The translations under genes and the position numbers were made by a program. 64,000 nucleotides of DNA from Candidatus Limnocylindrales bacterium (GTDB lineage: Bacteria > Desulfobacterota > Binatia > UBA1149 > CAITLU01): NCBI GenBank assembly GCA_035571835.1, contig DATNBU010000037.1:140753-204752 (forward strand), written 5' to 3'. Shown one piece after another: positions 27,788 to 39,200 of this stretch. How positions within the stretch are numbered: position 1 is the first letter of the stretch; each line of letters starts with the position of its first letter. Under the pieces are notes generated by a model, which saw only the letters and a list, made by a program, of their open reading frames with translations, was not told the origin of the DNA and ran no database searches.

Positions 27788-28112
27788 TGCCGCTCAATGC
27801 AGCGCTTTCGCGAAGCAGGCGAGAAACGCATCCAACATATCGCTGCGGCGCGCGAGCCGAGCCTCGTCACTCTGGTGCAGCGCAGTCGGCCCATCGATGT
27901 GCGTCGCCAGTCCGGGTGAGCGAGCTCCCACGGGGTGAAAGATACAGTTGAATCGCGGATCAGGTCAAAGATGATGCAGCTGCACCACTCGGGGCCTCGG
28001 GAGTCATCTCGAAGCGGGCTCATCGGTCGCGAGGGCTGCATGGGATAAACAAGATCTCGCCTCACATGACGCAGTTCATCTCAGTCCAGACGAGAAGTCG
28101 GAGGTAACAAAC

Positions 28113-28424
28113 ATGAAACGAATATCTGCATTACTCGCAATCACATTCGCGTTCGGCCTTGCCTCGTGGACCGCGGCATCGGCCAGAGAGAAAGAGGAGA
28201 CGCTGAAACTGTCGGATGCACCGGCGGCAGTTCAAAAGACCATCAATGAGAAAGCAGCCGGTGCGAAGATAGTCCGCATGGAGAAGGAGCAGGAGCACGG
28301 CAAGACGGTGTACGAAGCCGTTGTTCTGAAAGACGGCAAGGAGACGGGCATCGAGGTTGCAGCCGATGGCACGTACATGAGCTCGCACGACGAGAAAGCC
28401 GAAAGCCAGGGCCGAAAAAAGTAA
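28113..28424 (+). CDS. PepSY-domain secreted protein
   Basis: Signal peptide MKRISALLAITFAFGLASWTAASA; PepSY-like VRMEKEQEHGKTVYEAVVLKDGKETGIEVAADGT. Confidence 0.6.
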   Translation: MKRISALLAITFAFGLASWTAASAREKEETLKLSDAPAAVQKTINEKAAGAKIVRMEKEQEHGKTVYEAVVLKDGKETGIEVAADGTYMSSHDEKAESQGRKK

Positions 28425-28568
28425 CCCTACGCGCTGAACCAACCCGGATCGCCGGTGAGCGAGTTATGCTTGCCGGCGATCGAGCATCGACGGCGCCATC
28501 GTCTTCGACGTTTCGATCGGCAGCACGCCGCCTGGCGTATGCGCAGGACTGGTCGTGTCCACTGGGCG

Positions 28569-28847
28569 CTAGCGCGCCGGGCACCTCGATGCGACGGTCA
28601 TCGTCTTGCTGCTTCCGTCAAAGCGCCGCACGTCGATGCATCGGTGGGCGGAGGCCGACACTCCTGGCTCGAGGCCTTCAGTCAAGGCATACGGCATTTC
28701 CGGCAGTGTTCGGTACACCGAAATGCCGGTTCTCGGATCGACGCGCCACTCCTCCCCGCGATTGGTGCCCGTGTCGGCGTAGCTGTTGAGGCCGGTCGCC
28801 AAGGTCAGTCCGACCAGTGAAATGGTGAATGCGGTTTTACGTGTCAT
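28569..28847 (-). CDS. Small secreted hypothetical protein
   Basis: Internal ATG with GGAG 9 nt upstream; signal peptide MTRKTAFTISLVGLTLATGLNSYA. Confidence 0.4.
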   Translation of the reverse strand: MTRKTAFTISLVGLTLATGLNSYADTGTNRGEEWRVDPRTGISVYRTLPEMPYALTEGLEPGVSASAHRCIDVRRFDGSSKTMTVASRCPAR

Positions 28848-29129
28848 GTATTTTCTCCGGCCCACACAGTTATTAAGAATGTTCGCGCGGCTGTCTCGCA
28901 TCAGAACAACTCTCCGCAGGCTTTGCCTATGAGACGCCAGATCCCGACGCGGGTTACCGCGATCTTGTTTACATTGTCGCCCCCTTCGACGCCGCGTGCC
29001 GCAGGAGCTCACGGTCGTTCGAAACCGGCTATCGGAAGAGTGAACTGTATGACACACCAGTCCCTTCCAGCAGCGTTGTATTGATCTTCCTCTTTGCCAG
29101 GCGCGAATCAGGGTCGTAGAGTAGCGAAG

Positions 29130-30158
29130 ATGAAGACATACCTCCGAGTCACGTCAGGTTTCCTTCTCCTCGCTGTGGGAACCCTGGTTCCTTGTGTTGC
29201 CGCTGCTCAGTGGGAGTGCCCCGAGGTTGCGGCCACGGAAGGCTCCTGCGGGCAGTCGATCTGTCCAGAAGATGGCGTCCAGGCCGCGGACGCACTGGAA
29301 GCACTGAAAGCGGCCGTTGGCTCAGCCTACTGCGCATCGTGTCGCTGCGACGTCGATTCGAACGGCAGCGTCACTGCCAGTGATGCGATCCGGATTCTAC
29401 GGAGCGCTGTCGGCACGGCCGGCGATCTCAATTGTCCTGCGTGTAACTCGCTGACGCTTTACGCGGTCGAGGGTGAGGCGAACAGCGACGACCCGACAAG
29501 CACCGCCGCTAGCCCGACCATTGATGGCTCTGCTCTTCCGCCGCAGTGGTTCAATATTTCTTCCACGCTGCTTCCTGATGGGCGCACGGCAAAGATCGGA
29601 CGGCAGCAGTTGGACCCGCTGACGACACGGCTGCTGCTGCTCGACGAGAACGGCGAACTGGTCTCGAACGTCGTTCTCTTCGAAGGTGTGTATGTGGACG
29701 GACGCCTGGACTGCTCGGCGGGCAGCGATCGCTGCGTGGCTACACCGAGGGCGTTCTCCCAAGAGGAGAGGTTTTTTCTGGCGACGGTATTCGATGTGGA
29801 TGCGGTGGATCATCGCGGCACGGTCATCCTCAAGGGAGTTGTGAGGGAAGGCGAAGGCGATACCGAAATCTCGACCGGCGCGGGACACAACCAGATCGAG
29901 TGCGACGAACGCGGCATTTGCGTGGCAACCTGGATCTTGTCCCGGACGACCGTAGAGGACGAGTACTACTCAAACACAGAGTCGCTCGGCTACTATGCCA
30001 GAGCATTCAACGTTCACACCGGCGAGGTTGGCCCTGAGCTCTTCCTGGCCGACTCCGATCCTGCGGAATTTCGAGCACCATCCGTCGTGACGATCGATGC
30101 CGGTCTCTTCCGCGTCACGTTGCCGACGGGCGAGCTCTTCGATTTTGAGGTCCGCTGA
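29130..30158 (+). CDS. Secreted protein with a dockerin-like Ca-binding repeat
   Basis: Signal peptide MKTYLRVTSGFLLLAVGTLVPCVAAA; motif CRCDVDSNGSVTASDAIRILRSAVG. Confidence 0.6.
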   Translation: MKTYLRVTSGFLLLAVGTLVPCVAAAQWECPEVAATEGSCGQSICPEDGVQAADALEALKAAVGSAYCASCRCDVDSNGSVTASDAIRILRSAVGTAGDLNCPACNSLTLYAVEGEANSDDPTSTAASPTIDGSALPPQWFNISSTLLPDGRTAKIGRQQLDPLTTRLLLLDENGELVSNVVLFEGVYVDGRLDCSAGSDRCVATPRAFSQEERFFLATVFDVDAVDHRGTVILKGVVREGEGDTEISTGAGHNQIECDERGICVATWILSRTTVEDEYYSNTESLGYYARAFNVHTGEVGPELFLADSDPAEFRAPSVVTIDAGLFRVTLPTGELFDFEVR

Positions 30159-30173
30159 CCCAGCGGCTCTGTA

Positions 30174-30590
30174 GTGACTTTTGTCGAACTAGCCGGCACC
30201 TTGCCGAACCGATTTCATGACGCCGAGCTCAGCAGCTTTGAGATGGACTATGCGGCTCGAATCCTGCGCCTGAACCTGGAGGTGTGGATCGGCAGCATGG
30301 ATGAGCCGCCGCCGCGTCGTGAAAGGTATCGCCTCGCGACTGTGACCTGTCGCGACGTCGCTTACTTCGTTGTCGAGCCGCCGGATGCTTCCTGTCCAGG
30401 TTCTGCCACGCCAGGCGGCATCTCGATCGACACCGGCGAAGGAAGTCCCGGGAAGTACCGGCCGACACTGCCGGACGCGCCAGAAGGGACTACCCCGATC
30501 TGGATGTTCGTCATGGACTACAACAGTTTCATCTTTTTCGCGGCAGGTGACTCATCGCTGGAGTGGACCGGCGAAGACCGATTCTACTGA
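30174..30590 (+). CDS. Hypothetical cytoplasmic protein
   Basis: GTG start 16 nt after the upstream stop; 138 aa; no signal peptide. Confidence 0.4.
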   Translation: MTFVELAGTLPNRFHDAELSSFEMDYAARILRLNLEVWIGSMDEPPPRRERYRLATVTCRDVAYFVVEPPDASCPGSATPGGISIDTGEGSPGKYRPTLPDAPEGTTPIWMFVMDYNSFIFFAAGDSSLEWTGEDRFY

Positions 30591-30613
30591 AGTCTGCGGC
30601 ATTCACGTACCGG

Positions 30614-32839
30614 CTACGGCACACATCCGCCCGCACCAGGAACATAAACTCGTTCCGGTGATCCGCCGCAATAAGCCCGCAGCACATTCTGCCGCCGTAA
30701 CAGCGACGGCCCGACGGACGCGCAGAACGCCGATGTCGTAACGGGATGTTCGGGATCGGCCTCTCCGATGTCGGAAATCGGAGACGGAAAACACGAGCGG
30801 TGCTGCATCAGCGTGCAGGTGGAGCACCCGTCGCCGGGGCAGTCTGCCGCCGTTTCGCAGTCTCCGTTGCTCGTGCACGGGACGACGCCGCGGCTGTCCA
30901 TGGTGAGCACTCCGTCGCATCTCTTGTCGATCGGTCCGTTGGCGCACTCGCCGCTGCCGTCTCCGAGATCGGTGCAGACTCCGTCGCTGCACGCGTTCGG
31001 CTTCGGATCCGAGCTGCCACGGTGCGCCGAGCACGTCGACGGCACACAGCTGCTATTGCAATCGGCATTGTTCGAACAAGTCTTCGCGTAGGACGACAAA
31101 CAATGACCGGCCAGACACGGGCCTGTGCTCGGGATGTCGACGCAATCGGTGTTGCTGTCGCACAAAACGTCGTCGCCGGTGCAGCGGCCCTGTCGGCTCG
31201 CGCACTCGGCGTTGGTATTGCACGGCGTAGCCAGGTCGCCGCTGCAGATGAGGCACGGGCAACGAAGATCGGGATGATTGCTGCCGCACGACAGGTTCGA
31301 GTCGAGCTCGGCCTGGTCGGTCGTCTCCGTCGCGCGAACGATGGCCGGGCCCACAGGACAACTGCCCCGCAAGCAGGCGAACGCGACCAGGGAAGTGCTC
31401 AGGCAGTCGAGACTGTAGCCGGATGCACCACGCAAAGCCCCCAGCGGATATCTCGAATTGATGCCATTGACGTCACACGCCGGGCCGGGAACGTCGCTCG
31501 TACCGACGCAGGTCCCGCCACGCTCACCGTCATTCGCAACTTCGTCGAGCATGCAATGACCTGCGCCTTCGCAATCGAGATCGTCCAGGCAGCCGATGGA
31601 GCTGTTCTGGTCGCAGACACCGCCGCAGTAGGCGCAAGGACTTCCGGTAGCTTTCCGGAAATACGGCGACATCAGCCGTTCTTTGACGATTGCGCTCTCA
31701 CCGGTGTCGACGTTGACGGTCCCGCGGACGTCGGCTTCGAAGATCGGCAGCATGCATGCCTCGTATCCGGGCGTCGCCAGCGGCTGAGGGGCGCCGTCGA
31801 AGCAGTTGCAGCTTGCTGCCGCAGTGCAGGTCGAGATGCAGTCGGCGTCGGCGGAGCAGATCGCGCCGGTCTCGCAGCGCGACTCTTCCAGGCAGTGCCC
31901 GTCGCTGCAATCCTCGTTGCTGCTGCAGAGCTTCGAGCGGTCGGTCAGGCAGCGTCTTGCGCACGGTGTCGCATCACAATCTCCGTCGTCGTCGCATGGA
32001 TGACCGCGATAGTGGCCGTCCGCACAGATCCGGCAGTTGTCCGCATCGGTTGCAAGCGGTTTGTCGCAGGTCTGGTGAACGTCGCTCTTGCAGCGGCAGT
32101 TTCCGGCGGAAGGGTCGATGCCGAGAATCTCGCAGACACCGCAACTCCCGTCCTCCTGCGGCGAGCACGCCACTCGCACACGAAGCCTCGATTCGCCGTT
32201 GAGCGTCTGACCATGGGCGGTGCCGTCCCAGCCGAAATCGTAAGCCGTCGCAGTCTTGCAACGCGACGTTTCCTCATCGCAGGTTCCGACCGCGCAGTCC
32301 GCATTGGTAGCGCAGGACGCACCGCGCGCCTCCTGCGTGATCCACTCTACTACGTCGGGGCAGGACGCCGTCGTCAGCGTGGTCGTCGTCAGCGATAGCG
32401 TCGTAGTCGTTACGGATATCGTGGTTGTGGGCGTCGACAGCGTCGTGGTGGGACTCGACAACGTCGTAGTCGTCGTTGAGGTCGTGGTCGTCGTCGGGCA
32501 GCAGCCCAGTGCAGGCCTTTCGCCGACCGCGGCCCACAGGCAGCCGAGCGCATCGCTCGCGAAAACCGAGCCGCTGCCGTCGACGTCGCATGCGCACGGT
32601 TCGCAGAGCTCTGCTCCAGTTGCTGCCTTCAGGATGAAAAGACAGTCGCTTGCGTGAGGAATGACCCTCGCGGCGCCCGCAGCTTCACACCACGGCTCGG
32701 CGGCCCTGGCTGGCAAGGCAGTCACGACAAGTAGTAGGCAGGGTACGATCCAGAACCGGGTCGAGATTGGATTGCTCAAGCATGAGCGGAATATCGCATG
32801 GTCGAGGTCGAAGGAAGCGAAGCAAGTTCTCGCTGTCAT
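30614..32839 (-). CDS. Large secreted cysteine-rich repeat protein with a Thr-rich linker and a dockerin-like motif
   Basis: Signal peptide IVPCLLLVVTALPARA; CACDVDGSGSVFASDALGCLWAAVG; TTTTTSTTTTTLSSPTTTLSTPTTTISVTTTTLSLTTTTLTT; more than 80 Cys. Confidence 0.7.
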   Translation of the reverse strand: MTARTCFASFDLDHAIFRSCLSNPISTRFWIVPCLLLVVTALPARAAEPWCEAAGAARVIPHASDCLFILKAATGAELCEPCACDVDGSGSVFASDALGCLWAAVGERPALGCCPTTTTTSTTTTTLSSPTTTLSTPTTTISVTTTTLSLTTTTLTTASCPDVVEWITQEARGASCATNADCAVGTCDEETSRCKTATAYDFGWDGTAHGQTLNGESRLRVRVACSPQEDGSCGVCEILGIDPSAGNCRCKSDVHQTCDKPLATDADNCRICADGHYRGHPCDDDGDCDATPCARRCLTDRSKLCSSNEDCSDGHCLEESRCETGAICSADADCISTCTAAASCNCFDGAPQPLATPGYEACMLPIFEADVRGTVNVDTGESAIVKERLMSPYFRKATGSPCAYCGGVCDQNSSIGCLDDLDCEGAGHCMLDEVANDGERGGTCVGTSDVPGPACDVNGINSRYPLGALRGASGYSLDCLSTSLVAFACLRGSCPVGPAIVRATETTDQAELDSNLSCGSNHPDLRCPCLICSGDLATPCNTNAECASRQGRCTGDDVLCDSNTDCVDIPSTGPCLAGHCLSSYAKTCSNNADCNSSCVPSTCSAHRGSSDPKPNACSDGVCTDLGDGSGECANGPIDKRCDGVLTMDSRGVVPCTSNGDCETAADCPGDGCSTCTLMQHRSCFPSPISDIGEADPEHPVTTSAFCASVGPSLLRRQNVLRAYCGGSPERVYVPGAGGCVP

Positions 32840-32881
32840 TTCGACTGGCTGTAGCGGCGCCCGCCCGTTACTACACAGCCG

Positions 32882-33520
32882 ATGAACGCAGAAGTCAGAC
32901 GCTTGGTGGCCGCCGCCTTGCTCGCATTCACCACGTCAGCGTTCGCCGGGACAGCGCCGCCTGAACCTGCAGGGGGCACGAATAACATGAAGCGTTTTGG
33001 GGCGGCCGTCCCGGATGCAGACTCCTGGGCGAGTGCAGAGAAGGCCATAGTTCGGCTGGCGCCGTCCGCATTTCCGGATCTCCCCGCGCCTCTCAAGTCT
33101 CACCTCACGCAGATCGGCTGCACCATTCCGCAGTCATTTGCTGACGAACAACCGCACAACGTCATCAAGGGACAATTTCGTCGCCGCGGGCAGACGGACT
33201 GGGCGGTCCTCTGTCATCGCGGCGATACTACGAGCTTGCTCGTATTCTGGGAGGGCGCGCCTGAGAAATCGGAGGAACTGTCGAAGGGCAAGGATGAAGG
33301 CTTCCTTCAAACCACCGACGGAAACGGAACTATCGGCTTCAGTCATCTCATCGCAACAGTTGGCAAGGAAGACATCATGGCCTACTACGAAGGCTTCGGT
33401 GGAGCTCCGCCTCCGGCCCCACTCGATCACGAGGGCATCGACGATGCATTCTACAACAAGGCTTCCGGGATCCATTACTGGCATGATGGGAAGTGGCTTG
33501 GGCTTCAGGGAGCTGATTAG
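32882..33520 (+). CDS. Secreted hypothetical protein
   Basis: Signal peptide MNAEVRRLVAAALLAFTTSAFAGTA; 212 aa. Confidence 0.55.
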   Translation: MNAEVRRLVAAALLAFTTSAFAGTAPPEPAGGTNNMKRFGAAVPDADSWASAEKAIVRLAPSAFPDLPAPLKSHLTQIGCTIPQSFADEQPHNVIKGQFRRRGQTDWAVLCHRGDTTSLLVFWEGAPEKSEELSKGKDEGFLQTTDGNGTIGFSHLIATVGKEDIMAYYEGFGGAPPPAPLDHEGIDDAFYNKASGIHYWHDGKWLGLQGAD

Positions 33521-33526
33521 TTTTCG

Positions 33527-36106
33527 ATGATCGCTTCGTTCCGGATGCGATCTCTCTGGACGCTGCTCGGCCTCGCGTTCCTCTCCACGTCGGACGCTTT
33601 TGCGGCGCTCTCAGAAGACGCACCGATCGTAATCCGCGACCAGACCGCGACGGCGACGACAGACGTCGCGATGCGCACCGATGGAGGCTTCATCGCAGTC
33701 TGGGATCGCGAAGCGGCCAATCATTTCGTCAGGATCGAAGGAAGATGTTTTGCCGCTGACGGATCTCCGGTCGGAGGCGTCTTTCGAATTTCGAAACTCC
33801 GTGGCGGCAATCAGCATTCTCCATCTGTCGCCGTTTCGGGCAACGGACGGTTTCTGGTCGCCTGGTACGGCCAGGATGAGGACGATCCGGCCGCGATCCA
33901 GGCACGCGTAATCGACCAGAATTGTTATGTCGCGGGTCCGTCCTTTGTCCTGCACAATCCCACGCCGCAGAAAAACGAGTTCGCGCCATCCGTCGCACGC
34001 GATCGTGACGGCTTCGCAGTTGCGTGGGCGTCGGACGATGGCGTGCACGTCGTCCGTCTCGACAATGACGGGAACGCGCGCGGCAAGTTCTTCCACCCGG
34101 AAACGGACATTCGCGGCGTCGCAGTCGATGGATTGTCCGCGAGCCGGCTCGTCGTTTCGTGGAGCAGCGTGCACTATCGTTCGTTGACGATCGATTCCGA
34201 AGGCCCGGTTGGACATGTGGACGGTCTGGTTCTCTCGGCCGCGAACCAGGTGATGGAGAACTTCGAAGCGAATAGCGATCGGATTCCGACAACCTACGAC
34301 TACATTGTCGACGGCGAGATGCGCGTCGCCCTTTCGGCGAGCGCGACCGGCAACTTTGCGATTACCTACGACAGCGCGATCCCCCCGTATGTTTACAACG
34401 CGGACGATCACGACGGCGGTTATACCCTCGGCGCAAAGATCGAGCGCTTCAGTTCGAACGTGTCGTCGCTCGGAAGCCTGTTCGTGGATGACGTATACTC
34501 ATCGGGGCGCGTCGCCGACGTTGCGATGACGCCGGGTGGAAATGTGGTCTCGTCAGTCGAAGGCAACGGGCTCGGTCTTCGCGCGATCGATTGTCACGGG
34601 ACGATCCTCGGCGACGCGCTGATCCGCGCTAGCACCGCCGAAGCGACGTCCGTATCCGCCTCGTCGATCGCGATCGGCGAACACGGGGAAGGCGTCGTAG
34701 CGTGGGCGGAGCAGCGGACGGCCACGACTGCGCTCGTTGCCCGGCGCATTCATCTGGATGATGCCTGCGCGCTCTGCGGAGATGCCGACACGAGCGGTTC
34801 CGTGACAGCGATCGATTCGCTCATTGCGCTGCGAACGGCGGTCGGTACGGGAAACTGCGCGCTCGATCGTTGCGATGCCGACGGGTCGCGGGTGATTGGC
34901 TCGCCGGATGCGCTCCTTGTTCTGCGCGCTGCGGTCGACGGAAGGGTGCTGGCTTGCAACCGCGCGCCGCAGATCGACCTGAAGACGAGCTCGCGAATCT
35001 CCGATTCGGGGTTTGAGCCGTCGCTCATATCGGAGCCCGGCGGTGCGCGTCTCGTCTGGTCCGACTATACGGCGGAGGGTGGTCGGGTCGTTGGGCGCCA
35101 TGTGGATTCGGGTCTGGAAGTCGGTCCGTTCGAAGTTCTGGGCGGACCGGATGAAAACCAGTTCGTCAGAAGTCCCAGTGGTTGTTCCGGTAGCAATGGA
35201 CTGGCGATCGCATGGACAGACCAGCTCGCCGAGCTGCCGGTTGGAATAACGCTCGATCGATCCAACGTGCTCGTTTCTCTACCGGGAATTCCACCTCTGA
35301 CTGCAAACCAGCCTCTGCTCGGCTCCCAAGCCGGTGCAGCCATCGCGTGCCTCGCCGATGGCCGGTATGCGGTTTCATGGAGGAGCTACTGCGACGGCGT
35401 CGATCGCCACGGCATTACCAACGCGTTCTTCCGTCCCGACGAGTGCGACGACGGCCCGGCAGACGGCGCGTACGTCCAGTCGTTCGATTCAAACGGGAAT
35501 CCGTTGGGAGCGCCGGCCGCGGTTGCGCTGTTTTCTTCGCCGTACGCCGGATCCGCGGTTGCGGCCTTCGACGGCGATCGATTCGTAGCGATGGCGACTT
35601 CGACCGTCCAGCTACGATCGAGCGAGAACGAATTGTTGAGCGAAGCCAGCGTCCCGGGCGAGGTTCCGTTCGCTGCGATACCGATTCTACAGTGCGCCGG
35701 CAGTCGATGCGCGGAAGTCGGTACCAGCGACAGTGCGCTTCTTATCGATGCCGAGCATTTAAACGATCTTCGAAAGATCGTGCTGCAGTCAACGATGCAG
35801 CTCGGACCGGACCGCGTGATCGAAGCGGCCGATTTTTCGATCGGATGCGACACGGCCGGGTCGTGTGTCGCAACATGGTCCCTTTTCGATCGAACTCTGC
35901 ACTCGGACTACTACGAGACCGACACGCTTGGAGTCTACGCCCGACCGTTCGACCTCGAGTCGGGAGACCTCGGCGAGAGCATCCGTGTACGCAACGGCAC
36001 GTACGGGGATCTCAGTGTGAGAGTGGCCGGCGCGGCGCCGGGAGTATTCCTCGTCGCCGCGGTCGAGAACAACAGCACCACGCTGCACCGGATCGAGCTT
36101 CGTTGA
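33527..36106 (+). CDS. Large secreted protein with tandem dockerin-like repeats
   Basis: Signal peptide MRSLWTLLGLAFLSTSDAFA; CGDADTSGSVTAIDSLIALRTAVG and CDADGSRVIGSPDALLVLRAAVDG. Confidence 0.65.
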   Translation: MIASFRMRSLWTLLGLAFLSTSDAFAALSEDAPIVIRDQTATATTDVAMRTDGGFIAVWDREAANHFVRIEGRCFAADGSPVGGVFRISKLRGGNQHSPSVAVSGNGRFLVAWYGQDEDDPAAIQARVIDQNCYVAGPSFVLHNPTPQKNEFAPSVARDRDGFAVAWASDDGVHVVRLDNDGNARGKFFHPETDIRGVAVDGLSASRLVVSWSSVHYRSLTIDSEGPVGHVDGLVLSAANQVMENFEANSDRIPTTYDYIVDGEMRVALSASATGNFAITYDSAIPPYVYNADDHDGGYTLGAKIERFSSNVSSLGSLFVDDVYSSGRVADVAMTPGGNVVSSVEGNGLGLRAIDCHGTILGDALIRASTAEATSVSASSIAIGEHGEGVVAWAEQRTATTALVARRIHLDDACALCGDADTSGSVTAIDSLIALRTAVGTGNCALDRCDADGSRVIGSPDALLVLRAAVDGRVLACNRAPQIDLKTSSRISDSGFEPSLISEPGGARLVWSDYTAEGGRVVGRHVDSGLEVGPFEVLGGPDENQFVRSPSGCSGSNGLAIAWTDQLAELPVGITLDRSNVLVSLPGIPPLTANQPLLGSQAGAAIACLADGRYAVSWRSYCDGVDRHGITNAFFRPDECDDGPADGAYVQSFDSNGNPLGAPAAVALFSSPYAGSAVAAFDGDRFVAMATSTVQLRSSENELLSEASVPGEVPFAAIPILQCAGSRCAEVGTSDSALLIDAEHLNDLRKIVLQSTMQLGPDRVIEAADFSIGCDTAGSCVATWSLFDRTLHSDYYETDTLGVYARPFDLESGDLGESIRVRNGTYGDLSVRVAGAAPGVFLVAAVENNSTTLHRIELR

Positions 36107-36269
36107 AGCGCGGGGGTGCGGAAGGCTCTAGTGACGCAGACAACATCGTTGGCAGGCCTCCCAACTGAAATCCTACGCCGGGCAAAATTCCTCGTAGCGC
36201 AGAAACGCAAGGTCGTGCACGCTGTCGTTCGAAGCCCCGGGGACGGGCCGGGTCTTCCGAGGGGTCGAA

Positions 36270-39200
36270 ATGACGAAGCACCTTTTCGCGCTGGCCGCGC
36301 TGCTGGTCGCCGCGAGCGCCACCACGTCCGCCGCAAGTCATGTGATGCCGGTCGGGCATCTGTTCGCGGCAAGCGACTATCCAAACCGCTACTCCTGGGA
36401 CTTCTGCACCCTCGGCGACGGAACCGGACTGAAGATCACGACCGATTTTCTGCAGCCTGATCTCGCCGAGCTCCGGCTAGAGCATCGAAGCGCCGGCGGC
36501 GCGCTGATCTCTCCCGCGCTCGTCATCGCAAGCGGACCGATCGCGGAAAGCGAGCTCTACTGTGGCGACAGCGGCGAGGCGATCGTCAAGTATCGTTTCA
36601 GCAACGACTCGTGCACGCGTTACCGCATGGTTTCTTCCGACCACGTGCACGCCGGCGACGAACGCCAGGCCGCGCCGAACGGAACATGCGACGTCAGCCC
36701 TGTGTTCGCGTTCTGGAGCGACGGCTACACGATGGCGTGGGGCGCGTATCATCCCGATGCACACACCGACATCTGGGCACAGGGCTTCGATCGCGACGGA
36801 AGTGAGCGTTACGCCCCGGTCGTACTCAGCGGCGATCCCTCGCGCTGGCACAGCTGGCCGGTGCTCGCGACGGATACCGACGGGAACACGCTGGTTTCGT
36901 GGGCGGAAGGAAAAGACGAACACACCGACATGGTTGCGGCGGCGATCGGAAAGGACGGCGATCCGGGCGCACCTGTCACGTTCTTTGGCGGCGGCTTCGA
37001 CCTCGTCGGCAACGGGCCGACTCGTGCCGCCGCAACCAACATCGGTTCGTACATCGTGTACTGGCCGGCTTCGGCCGCAGAATCGCTGCTCGGCCAGCAC
37101 CTCGTGATCGAAGAGATTGCGCCGCAGCCGACCACCACGTCCACCACGACATCGACCACGCTCGAGAATGACGTCACGCCGATGTTCGGCGACGAGCGAG
37201 GCTGGGGCCATGGAGCCGCAGTGTGGGAAATCGGACCGCAGCTTGCCGGTGACGGGCACGGCGGCTGGATGGCGTCGTGGAGCGGCAGTTCCGAGAATGC
37301 GTGGCCGTTCCGGCCGCAGTTCCGCTACACATCCGTATCGCACGATTCCGGCCGCCGCTGGTCGCGTCCGGTGCCCGTAGGGAGCGATGTCGCGACGATC
37401 GTCAGCGACGGCGCTGGAGAATGGCTGTCGATTGCGGATGCGTACCACTACCAGGACGTCGAGCCGTATCATTCCCACGTGATTGAGATCGGACGTACGC
37501 AGGGCGGCGGATCGTCGTGGTCGGAGACGCGCGCTGTGGCGGACCTTCCTCGCGATCCCGACGAAGACTGCTCGAACTACATCAGTGCGCTGACGCTTGG
37601 CCGCAACCACAGCGACACGCTGCTCGCGGCGTGGACGCAATCCACCGAATGCGACGACTCGGATCGGAGCACGATCCGGTACGACGTGTATGCGATCCGA
37701 TCCACCGACAGCGGCCAGCTCTGGTCAGCGCCGAAGCTGCTCTATACGGACTATGACAACGTTTTCCGTCGGAACATGAGCTTGACCGCGACGGGACAGG
37801 ACGGATGGGTGCTCAACGTGGCGACGGGAACCGCAATCCGCACGAACGACGGAGGAGTGACATGGACCGAACCGGAAGAGTTCGGATTCCAGGACGCCGC
37901 CTGCGACGCGTCCGGCTACTGCGTGTCGGTGAGCGATGGCGGCGACGGTTCTCACGGATGGGATGCTGACATCTTCGCATCCGTCTCCGAGGACGAAGGC
38001 CGCACGTGGAAACCGCTCGCCGCCGTCAACGACGATGCGCTCATCGATCACTCCCCGGACTACTCGCCGCGGATTGCGACCGACGGCAACGGACGCTGGA
38101 CGGTGGTGTGGGTTTCGCACCGCAATCTCGCCGGCAAACTCGGGTTCGATGCGGATCTTCTCGAAGCCGCCTCGACCGACGGCGGCCGCACGTGGAGCGC
38201 TCCCCGAGCCGTCAGCGTCGCCGCACAGAACGACGGATGGACCTTCGATGACTATCCGGTGCTCGCCTACGGCGCCGGCGCATGGATCGCGCTTTGGCAA
38301 AGGCGAACCGTGACGGAAAACTACGAAGCGTTCCGCAGCGACGCGCGCGTCGCGGTAGCCGACGACAACTGCGGCAACGAAATCGTCGACGGCTTCGACG
38401 AATGCGACGACGGCAATACCGTCAACGGCGACGGCTGCGACAACAACTGTTACGTGACCGCCTGCGGCAACGGCATCGTCACCGAAGGCGAGGAGTGCGA
38501 CGACGGAAACCGGCTCGACGATGATGCGTGCGTTGCGGACTGCGTTTCCGCGAGTTGCGGCGACGGCTACGTCGACAGCGAAGTCGAAGAGTGCGACGAC
38601 GGCAACAGCGACGAGAACGATGCCTGTACATCGGCCTGCACCATTGCGCGCTGCGGCGACGGCTTCGTTGCGCGCGGTAGCGAGGAATGCGATGACGGCA
38701 ATACCAGCAGCGAGGACGACTGCCTCGTCACGTGCGAGGTGGCGCGCTGCGGTGATGGTTTCATTCTCGACGGCGTCGAGGAGTGCGACGACGCCAACAG
38801 CAATACCAGTGACGGATGCCCGGCGAACTGCAAGCAAGCACGCTGCGGTGACGGCTTCTTGTGGCTTGGCGTCGAGGCTTGCGACTCGGGTAGCTCCAGC
38901 GGCGCCTGTCCGGCCAACTGCGGCGTGGCCGGATGCGGCGATGCAAACTCCGACGGAGAGCGCACGGCAGGCGACTCGATGTCGATCCTGCTTCACGCGG
39001 TCGGAAGGCCGAACCCCTGTCCGATGGACCAATGCGACGTGGACGGTAACCTGTGGATCAGCTCGCGCGACGCGCTGATGACGCTCGGATTGTCGGTCGG
39101 GATCGCGTACCCGACGCGCTGTGATCTCGGTCCATGGCTTACCGTCCGCCTTCAGGATGCTCGCACGTTCGGAGCGTTGCAGATCCACGTGGACACTTCG

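Noticed and set aside
30746-32398. 550-aa plus-strand ORF
   Set aside because: Antisense of the secreted Cys-rich gene 30614..32839.
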